A stretch of 53,447 nt of DNA, from assembly GCA_964509095.1 (NCBI GenBank), contig CAZDXI010000001.1:1-53447 (forward strand), given 5' to 3'. How positions within the stretch are numbered: the first letter of the stretch is position 1; each line of letters opens with the position of its first letter. The notes below the pieces were generated by a model. That model saw only the letters and a program-made list of their open reading frames with translations, searched no databases and was not told the origin of the DNA. The translations under genes were made by a program, and so were the position numbers. Origin of the DNA: an uncultured Rhodobacterales bacterium. GTDB lineage: Bacteria; Pseudomonadota; Alphaproteobacteria; Rhodobacterales; Rhodobacteraceae. This document shows positions 1 through 8,500 of the stretch, one piece after another.

Positions 1-51
1 ACTGTCATAAGATACAAAAAGCTCCGGAATAGGAGCCAAGTTCGTCAACAT
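1..51 (-). CDS. Possible 5' end of a CDS running off the window edge (MLTNLAPIPELFVSYDS...)
   Basis: ATG at 51 on the minus strand, purine-rich AGAGAGA upstream, frame open to position 1. Only 17 codons are visible. Confidence 0.3.
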   Translation of the reverse strand, partial: MLTNLAPIPELFVSYDS

Positions 52-192
52 GGGAAAGGTCTCTCTAAAAGAATATCAAAAAATTGCCGGGCCTTGCCCA
101 ACACTGCACGCACTACACCCGTCAAACGGTCAAAGTCCAGTGGGGCAAGGGAGAACAGACTGTTTTCATGCATCAAATGGCGCATCTTCAGA

Positions 193-1335
193 CTAGGTTT
201 CTTGGACTGGAGTTTGCGGCACGAGCCGGTTTACCAGTTTGCGGGTTTCGTCCGGGGTTTCGACAAAGTGCGACACGGGCAGATCCAGCAAGGTGCGGCT
301 TTTTTCACGAATGTCGTCCCGGTTGTTCAACAGCGATTCCATCAGTTCAGGTGCTGTGACATTTGCAGGTTCTCCAAACAGCCATCCGGCTTTCCAGCTC
401 ATGATTTTTTGACCAGTTTCCGTCCCAAGAGACCCGATCGCGGGTACGCCGTAATATCCACCCTCATAGATACGGTTGGGGATTTGCCAGATCGAGTTCC
501 GTTCCGCTTCGAACCAGTCGCCAGCCCAGACGATGTCAAAGCTGCTGTAGATCCGGGGCAGGTCAACTGCGCTGTCATAGCGCCCATGATATGTGATGCC
601 CTTTGCACGCTCCAGTTCGTCTTCGAAATCGGGAAAGACAGAGCGGGCTGGGTAGCCATGCACATGGATTTCGAGACGGTCGTGAAACATGTTCCCCAAC
701 TGGCACAGCAGGTCCAAAGACCGACGGCAACGCAGGTTGCCAATCCAGCCGAGCTTGAGCTTGGAGCCGTCGGGCGTCCGGGGTTGGGAGGGGCGCCCAC
801 GGACGTCCCCTGAGTTTAGCCGGTTTTCGACAAGCCAGCCGTCGAAGCGACCGGGGTGATACACATCGAAATAGACCTGTCTGTACCGATTGGACGAATA
901 TACCAGCAATTCGCTGCGACGAAGCAGGGCGGCTTCCAACCGGCGAAGTACCCAGCTGACTGGATTGCGAGCGACCATCAGCCGATGGATGTCCAAACAT
1001 TCATAGACAATCGGCACCGACAGGCGGTTGCGCCAACGGAACGCATGCGCACAGGCGAGCATGTCGAGGTTACGGGCATAGATCACATCGATCCCGGCGA
1101 GTTCCGGATGGTTTTCGGGAGTGATCCGGAGCGATCTGAGAAACGGCCGCAGGCGGCTAAGGTAATCATTGTCCCGCGTTTGACCCAGCGAGACAAAGTC
1201 GAACGCCGCCGTTTGAGGCGCTCCGCGGTGAGGCATGATGCCAACCAAATCAAGCCCACAGTCCGCGAAGGCGCGCGCCCGTTTACGCACGGCGGGTTCG
1301 TTGACGTTATGCCCGAAGAAGGCCAGTTTGGTCAT
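193..1335 (-). CDS. exoL: Succinoglycan biosynthesis glucosyltransferase ExoL-like (GT-B fold)
   Basis: N-terminus FFGHNVNEPAVRKR, plus YARNLDML, VYECLDIHRL, IPNRIYEGG, all typical of ExoL. ATG at 1335 preferred over the ORF-track start at 1353. Confidence 0.85.
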   Translation of the reverse strand: MTKLAFFGHNVNEPAVRKRARAFADCGLDLVGIMPHRGAPQTAAFDFVSLGQTRDNDYLSRLRPFLRSLRITPENHPELAGIDVIYARNLDMLACAHAFRWRNRLSVPIVYECLDIHRLMVARNPVSWVLRRLEAALLRRSELLVYSSNRYRQVYFDVYHPGRFDGWLVENRLNSGDVRGRPSQPRTPDGSKLKLGWIGNLRCRRSLDLLCQLGNMFHDRLEIHVHGYPARSVFPDFEDELERAKGITYHGRYDSAVDLPRIYSSFDIVWAGDWFEAERNSIWQIPNRIYEGGYYGVPAIGSLGTETGQKIMSWKAGWLFGEPANVTAPELMESLLNNRDDIREKSRTLLDLPVSHFVETPDETRKLVNRLVPQTPVQET

Positions 1336-1524
1336 TACCGTACACTGGAGCACACTTGGTTCGCCGTACCAGGGGACTCCATACTCGCATTGTTGTCGTT
1401 TCAGTCGCGGGCGGACCTAGTGCCAACCCACGTATTATTCAGCATCACAACGTTAAGCGCCCTGTGTGACAATAGATACCGTTGTCTGCGGGCAAATCCC
1501 GCAAAACACGGGTGCAGATTCGGA

Positions 1525-2370
1525 TCAATCGGCCCTGCGTGCAACCCAGAGTATTTCAGCGGGGTTGAGCCGCTTGCTTTTCTGAATCGCTTCAGGAATC
1601 TGATCGGGGCCGAACGCACTCACTTCAAAGCCGGTCTGCCTTAGGCGATTTACGAAGTCCTCGCGGCTGTAGATCCGCACATGATCTCTTTGGGCAAAAC
1701 GCCGTTTTTGTTCTTCGGGGTCATTGATCCACGGGTCTTCGACCGTTTCAGCCCCATCAATGGCCTCCGGGCCAATGAACAGCGCATATCCATCCTGACG
1801 CAGAATGCGATGCACTTCTTGCATGGCTTTGTGGTCATCGGGGACATGTTCCAGCACATGACTGACCACAACGACATCAAAGCTTTCATCCGCAAAGGTC
1901 AGCTGTGTCAGGTCCTGCTTGGTCACATTGGGAACGATTGTGTATCGCTCGGGCGACAAATCTGTCGGGACGTAGTCGATCTTCTTTTGCCGTTCCAACC
2001 AGTAGTACATCCCGATGTCAGGCGCGACATGCAGGAAGCGCAAGGGCCGCTGTCCGACAGCGCCTTCGGTTTCAAGGAAGTGGCACATAAGGCGCACCCG
2101 ACTGGCCCCATAGCAGACCGGGCAAATGTCATTGGCAAAAGGCAGGGCACCGACAATTTGGCGCTTCTGGACAATTGGCAGATCGACACCGGAATTGCTG
2201 AAATGAGACACGTCAGACTGGCAGAGATCACACCGCCCAGCGGTGCCGCGAAACTGCTGCTTGCGATACATCAGGCGAATTTGGCGCGGGACATGTCTGG
2301 ATAGACCCGATCGCAGGGATTTTGCCGCTTTTGAAAGTCGGCTCCTACGCGTCGTCACAGGTAATTGCAT
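1525..2370 (-). CDS. Class I SAM-dependent methyltransferase with N-terminal CxxC...CxxC
   Basis: LHVAP, DLTQLTFADESFDVVVVSHVLEHVPD and EVHRILRQDG motifs. Start uncertain (2370 chosen; ORF extends to 2553). Confidence 0.8.
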   Translation of the reverse strand: MQLPVTTRRSRLSKAAKSLRSGLSRHVPRQIRLMYRKQQFRGTAGRCDLCQSDVSHFSNSGVDLPIVQKRQIVGALPFANDICPVCYGASRVRLMCHFLETEGAVGQRPLRFLHVAPDIGMYYWLERQKKIDYVPTDLSPERYTIVPNVTKQDLTQLTFADESFDVVVVSHVLEHVPDDHKAMQEVHRILRQDGYALFIGPEAIDGAETVEDPWINDPEEQKRRFAQRDHVRIYSREDFVNRLRQTGFEVSAFGPDQIPEAIQKSKRLNPAEILWVARRAD

Positions 2371-2605
2371 ATGAATAACAACATGGTGATTAATAAGGTT
2401 CAGCGTACGCATTTTCCAAGGCTTTGTAAACATCTGTAGCTGGCGCGTTGCCACTGAAAAAGCGTTTGAAAATAAATAAAATTTCCTGATCTCTGCCATC
2501 TGAAAGCTGCCTACAGAATGGGCAGTGGTCACCCAGCTTTGCCTGTTGCACAATGCCTATTGCGAGGCCTGTTGCGGGGCCCTGTCAGGACAGACCCAGG
2601 CTGAA

Positions 2606-3829
2606 CTAGCGCAGCGGATATCTCTTGGCATAAACGGCCCCGATCCACAGCAGCATATTCGCCATGATCAGCGGGCCCATCAGAGAGCTTTCAACAAAAC
2701 CGCGGATCAACCCAACCATTGCCACGGTTGGAAAGAAGATGAACGGCATACCGCCCCGCACCAGAAGCTGTGCAAAGATCTGATACGTCGCCCAAAGCAG
2801 TGTGAAGAGAGTCAGGCCCAGACCTATCAGCCCAAAATGTACGGTGACTTCATAAAATGAGTTGTGGAAGGAAAATACCTGCTTCGGACTCTTGTGGAAT
2901 TCGGCAAAGATCTGTCGGACCAGATCATTTTCCTCGTAACGCCAAAAGCCACCCGCGCCATAGCCGATCCAAGGGCGTGTGCGGATCACATCCTCTGCAT
3001 ATGCCCAGAGTTCCGTGCGCCCGGTCAGCGTGCTGCTTTTGCCCAGAGCCCCCAGAAGATAGGACACGGGTGATACGGACATTTGCGCCACAAGCGTGGG
3101 GATCGCGACGCCCAGTATACCCGCGATGATCAAGGTGACCGCTGCCCGGTCCACCGGAGTGCGAGCACCGTGCCCCGCAAAAAAGCTGAAGCCAACAACC
3201 GCCATACCAATCACAACAGCAAGGACAAGGGCTGTCGCGGAATGGCTGGCCAGAATCAGGGCAAGAGCCAGCGCCGCAAGACCCAAGGCGCAAACGCGGA
3301 CCCAAGCGCGAATCCAGCTGTCCAACGCGATGCAGATCGCAGCACACCACAACAACAGCATCTTTGCCCCAAGCATGTTCTTGTGCGCAAAGATGCCTGT
3401 CATCGCGCCGTCATGATAGGACGTGATGAAAACGCTTAGAACGCCGCATATGCCCGTTGCTGCGAGCACGGTCAGGACGATCTCTCGGGGGCGCATCCAC
3501 ACGACAAACAGGACGCAGACCTGAATGGTTAGGATCATCTGGATGGCGCGCTTCAGGGCCACATCGGGGACTTCCGCAAAGGGCGACATGATCAAGGCCC
3601 ACAGCGGCAACAACAAAAGAGGCCAAGCCCGCAGAAAGATCGGAAAGGTTTCCTGCCGGAACCGAACGAAGGCAAACACGTAAAACAACGCAAGCGGGTA
3701 CAGGATCAGCTCGTCTCGGGGAAATGTCGTGAAGGTGACGACAAACCAGAAGACGGTCAGGTACTTTTCAAAGGGCCGGGCCGAAAGGGAAAACGACGAA
3801 GGGGCAAACCTTGTAACACTGGCCGTCAT
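2606..3829 (-). CDS. exoQ: O-antigen ligase/Wzy-family polysaccharide polymerase (ExoQ-like)
   Basis: Multi-TM protein with GIFAHKNMLG, TLTGRTELW, RPWIGYG and FHNSFYE motifs, inside an exo cluster. Confidence 0.8.
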   Translation of the reverse strand: MTASVTRFAPSSFSLSARPFEKYLTVFWFVVTFTTFPRDELILYPLALFYVFAFVRFRQETFPIFLRAWPLLLLPLWALIMSPFAEVPDVALKRAIQMILTIQVCVLFVVWMRPREIVLTVLAATGICGVLSVFITSYHDGAMTGIFAHKNMLGAKMLLLWCAAICIALDSWIRAWVRVCALGLAALALALILASHSATALVLAVVIGMAVVGFSFFAGHGARTPVDRAAVTLIIAGILGVAIPTLVAQMSVSPVSYLLGALGKSSTLTGRTELWAYAEDVIRTRPWIGYGAGGFWRYEENDLVRQIFAEFHKSPKQVFSFHNSFYEVTVHFGLIGLGLTLFTLLWATYQIFAQLLVRGGMPFIFFPTVAMVGLIRGFVESSLMGPLIMANMLLWIGAVYAKRYPLR

Positions 3830-3946
3830 ATCAAAACGCTCCCGTTACCCGATGACGACGTTGGTTGTTTCAACGTTCGCGCACACGGCATCCTTCCTTG
3901 CCGTGCATAGGGCGGTTTCGGCAATTTTGCAAAACCTGTCCTGATT

Positions 3947-5563
3947 TCAGGTCTCCGGGTTTTTGGCGCAAATGCGCTGGTAATACGTAAACACAAGCGC
4001 CTGCGCATTGGGTCGATAGGGCGCAAGCTCAGATGGAACCGTGAGTGGTGTAGTCTGTTTTTGGTAACACTCGGCAAATTCAGGTAGGGCTTTCAATTCA
4101 ACCCCAGTCAGAAACCATTTTTCGGCGTCCGCGACGTCAATCCCTTCTGCCCCCCCTAAAATGATGTAGTCAGGTTGCCGGCTCAGGACATAAGCGGCGT
4201 CCCCTTTGCCATGCCCCGGCGTTTTCTGCCGCTGCGCCAGGAACGGGACATCGTCCCGCTTTGCGATGACCCGGTCATTCAGTCCGAGCATGTCGATATA
4301 CACATGCCCCCGACCAAAGAACGGAGTGGACCCGGCGGTGTTCAGCGCCACAACCGATCCCGCAGGCCAAGCGGTTTGGATATGTTGGCCCACAATTGTC
4401 CCGTTGAACGCCGCCCAATCCATCCGGAAACTGCGCGCGTTAAACGCCGCCACAACAAGCAAAAGCAGGCACAACAGACCCACATTGCGCCCCAGCGCAA
4501 CAGGCAGAGACCCAATCGCAGCAATCGCCAGAAGCGACAAAGGCCCAATGGCAGGCAGCAGAACACGTGCTGCGGCCATGTGGTCTCCACCGGACCAGAT
4601 CACATAGGCGAAAAAACCCAATGAAACAGTCAGCAAGACCCAAGCGATGCGCGACAAACGCCCCCAAATCAGGGCGACAAAAACCGCAAGCCCCGCGCAG
4701 GTGATGACAGGCAGGTAGAGCAAGGAGGACTTCAACAGATAGTCAGGAACTTTGGTGATCCGCTGCGCCAGATCCAACCCGACCTTGGCGTGGAACGTGT
4801 TCGGAACAACGTCACCATAGTAAGACACACGCCAGCCAAGATGCACCATGAAGACAACAAACGGTATCCCGGCAACGATCATACCCATGACAAGCCGCGT
4901 CCCGAACGGGCCTCTGACCAGAAACAGGATCGCGAAAAAGGTGACCGCGACAACGATAACACCGTCCGGCCGTGTCAGAACCGCAAGGGCAAACGCGAGC
5001 CCGCTCCAGATCAGGGGATGCCAGCGAAGACCTGTGTCCTGTGATGTCAGGCTGACCAACAGAAAGGCAAAGGCCCACGCAACGAACGCCGCCGCAAGCG
5101 GGGCTTCCAACCCGCCCAGAAGCCAGACCACAACAGAGATATTGCCAAGCACCAAAGCAACGCTCAGCGCTTGCATGTCCAGACGCGCCGGAAAAAGCGC
5201 ACGCACACCGTAAAAGACGGCCCCCACCAGCAGCACAATCGCCACCGCGTTGATGATCCGCACCGCAACGACCGGATCAACGCCCATCTGCAACAGCCCG
5301 GCCGTCAGCAACACATAGAGAAAGTTCGTATATCCTTCGATACGCTCCCCGATGTTCCAGGACATCTCACCGGCATTGGCCAAGTTGGTCGCGTATTTCA
5401 GAGAAATGAACGCGTCATCATGCAGGAAGAACCGATTGCGCCACAGATTGACACAGAACAGTACAATCCCCCCGACCAGCGCAATCGCAGGAAAGGATCG
5501 GCTCAGCACCCCGTACGTGGAAGAGGACGACCGATTATGCAGATCATCAGAGGACAAAGACAT
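3947..5563 (-). CDS. GT-C-type membrane glycosyltransferase, AftB-like (putative arabinofuranosyltransferase) #1
   Basis: HDDAFISLKYATNLANAGEMSWNIGERIEGYTNFLY after TM1, LTRPDG, YYGDVVPNTFHAK, C-terminal IDMLGLND...PGHGK. Start 5563 or 5584. Confidence 0.75.
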   Translation of the reverse strand: MSLSSDDLHNRSSSSTYGVLSRSFPAIALVGGIVLFCVNLWRNRFFLHDDAFISLKYATNLANAGEMSWNIGERIEGYTNFLYVLLTAGLLQMGVDPVVAVRIINAVAIVLLVGAVFYGVRALFPARLDMQALSVALVLGNISVVVWLLGGLEAPLAAAFVAWAFAFLLVSLTSQDTGLRWHPLIWSGLAFALAVLTRPDGVIVVAVTFFAILFLVRGPFGTRLVMGMIVAGIPFVVFMVHLGWRVSYYGDVVPNTFHAKVGLDLAQRITKVPDYLLKSSLLYLPVITCAGLAVFVALIWGRLSRIAWVLLTVSLGFFAYVIWSGGDHMAAARVLLPAIGPLSLLAIAAIGSLPVALGRNVGLLCLLLLVVAAFNARSFRMDWAAFNGTIVGQHIQTAWPAGSVVALNTAGSTPFFGRGHVYIDMLGLNDRVIAKRDDVPFLAQRQKTPGHGKGDAAYVLSRQPDYIILGGAEGIDVADAEKWFLTGVELKALPEFAECYQKQTTPLTVPSELAPYRPNAQALVFTYYQRICAKNPET

Positions 5564-8500
5564 CCGCTTCAGTCCACTCAGCACCGGTTATGGACGCAAA
5601 GAGCAAATCTCCAGACTGTTCGGCATTGCCCGTTGAATCGATGACCCCGTCTTCGTCGTTGAACTGATAATAGCGCAACAAGTCGGGTTCAGAGGCGTCG
5701 ATCACCTGATCAAAATAGTCGCTGATTTCGGTTGCACTGCGCGCATCATCCCAAAGTCGCAATTCGTCAAGCGTTCCGCCCAGAGCCTTGCTGTCGCGCA
5801 CATTGGTCGCGAGCTTCTCGATCACCAGATCGGCCGCCAGCGCATTGGTGCTTGTCGCATCCAGCACACCGTTCAGATAAATTGAGAAGTCATCGCCTTC
5901 TCGAACAAGCGCGAAGTGGTTCCAAACGCCGTCTGCCGCAACAGCAGTATTGGCGACAATGACGTCGGACGACCCAGTGGATTCCGTTGAATAGAGCCGC
6001 ATCTTGCCAGCATGGAAGTTCAGGTCGTTTCCGAACACCCCATCTGTGGCGCTGTCATCGCCGGGCGCGCTGTCATACACGCCACCCGTGATCGCCGCGT
6101 CATATTTGTTAAGATTGCTGCCGGTCTCGAAGGCGGCCCAGAACTCCACAGTATAGTCGCCCGTGATGGTAAGATCCTGAACATCCACGCCGCTGCCGTT
6201 GTTGACAGACAACAACGCACCGGGTGTTTCGACAGGTGTGCCGGGGTCCGTCACAGTGATCGTCGCGGTTGCCACGTTGGACCAAGCGCCTTCATCGTCC
6301 TGAACGCGGTAGGTGAAGCTGTCCGTGCCGGTGAAGGACGGATCCGTGGGCGCGTATTCCGCATGGCCATAGTGGCCTGCCGACATGCCGCGATCGATCA
6401 GCTCCTGTTCGGTGTCGATAATCTCAATCGTGCCGAAGCTGGGACCGCTGATCACCTCAACCATCTGCGGATTCAGCGCACCATCCGGATCATAGTCATT
6501 CATCAGGATGTGGATGTGGTTGGTCACCGGGTCAAAGCCCAGCGGAAGAGTATAGGCGTCATCCACGGCAACCGGAGGGGCATTGCCAACGTCAATTGCG
6601 ACACTGTCAAACGCCGTGGATGCGCCAAGCTCGTCCGTCACCGTCAGCGACACTGAATAAAGCCCAATGGCGCTATAGGTATGTGACGGTGCGGCGAGAT
6701 CTGAGGTGGTTCCATCGCCGAAGTCCCAGGCATAGGTCAGCGCATGGCCCTCTGCGTCCGTGACATCGGACTCAAAGGTCACAAGATGCGGTGCATCGGT
6801 GGCCATGTCTTCACCCGGATCCAGCACAATCCCCGTCCCGGTCGGTGCCGTGTTGGGTGGTCCCGCCTCACCATTGGTGATGATCAGGGAAATCGGCGCA
6901 GTAGACGTATCCGTCCCGTCACCGATCACATAGCCGATGGACGCCGCGATGCTGTCACCCTCTGCCAGCCCGGCGAAATCGTTATCCCGGTCTTTGAATT
7001 CAACCGTGCCATCCGAGCCGATGCGGAACAGCCCACCATTGTCCGACCATGTTTTCAGGCGGCCTGAATTGTCGAAATTGGCGGCCGTTGTTGGCAGGCC
7101 ATTGCCTTTGTAGCCGTCCAGTTGCAGCAGATTGAATCCGGTGCCCGCATCCGTGTCATTGGTGAACAGGTTGTAAGGCAGGGTTATCCAGTTCCCGCCT
7201 GTCAAGTCGGCCAGATCGACTGACATCGTATCCCCAACCGCCGCAAGCACATCAGGTGGTGTGTCCGTCACAGTGATCGTCGCGGTTGCCACGTTGGACC
7301 AAGCGCCTTCATCGTCCTGAACGCGGTAGGTGAAGCTGTCCGTGCCGGTGAAGGACGGATCCGTGGGCGCGTATTCCGCATGGCCATAGTGGCCTGCCGA
7401 CATGCCGCGATCGATCAGCTCCTGTTCGGTGTCGATAATCTCAATCGTGCCGAAGCTGGGACCGCTGATCACCTCAACCATCTGCGGATTCAGCGCACCA
7501 TCCGGATCATAGTCATTCATCAGGATGTGGATGTGGTTGGTCACCGGGTCAAAGCCCAGCGGAAGAGTATAGGCGTCATCCACGGCAACCGGAGGGGCAT
7601 TGCCAACGTCAATTGCGACACTGTCAAACGCCGTGGATGCGCCAAGCTCGTCCGTCACCGTCAGCGACACTGAATAAAGCCCAATGGCGCTATAGGTATG
7701 TGACGGTGCGGCGAGATCTGAGGTGGTTCCATCGCCGAAGTCCCAGGCATAGGTCAGCGCATGGCCCTCTGCGTCCGTGACATCGGACTCAAAGGTCACA
7801 AGATGCGGTGCATCGGTGGCCATGTCTTCACCCGGATCCAACACAATCCCCGTCCCGGTCGGTGCGGTGTTGGGTGTTCCGGCACCCTCAAGGGTCAGCG
7901 AGATTGTCGCGAGATCAACATCGTCGCCATCCGCAATATCATACGTGATGGATGTCGTGATGCTTTCGCCTTCTGCGAGCCCGGCAAATTGCAAGTCCCG
8001 GTCGCGGAATTCAACGGTACCATCTTCGTAGACGCGGAACTGGCCCCCATTGTCGCCCCAGATCCAGCCATAGCGCCCGGAATTATCAAGGGTATTGTCC
8101 GCCTTGGGCAGGCCAGTCACCTTGTAACCGTCAATGCCGGTAATCCCGAACGGATCTCCGGTCGGGTTGGTATCATTCGCCAGCACATTGCCGATCACAT
8201 TGACCGCATTGCCATCAAGCGTGTCGACCTCTCGTGTAAATGGATCGTCAACCGCGTCCACAGGCCCCACAACGGCGCCTTGCACATAGACAGGCCGGAT
8301 CGTGCTGTCCGCCTCGGGGACGACAAAGGTCCGCGCGGTTGTGGTGATCGAAGGATCGTCCTCCCAATGAGAGAAATCCCACTGGAACCCACCATCAATG
8401 TAGGAACTCTGCACATCCAGTGTGTGATTGAACCCAACCATGTTGTCGCGCACCTGATCCCCGGTGAACGCGATCCCGTCGAGGTAAAAAGTGAACCCGG

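Noticed and set aside
6246-7876. 614-bp direct repeats as mobile-element ends
   Set aside because: In frame within one CDS, matching protein domains; no transposase, integrase or inverted termini.
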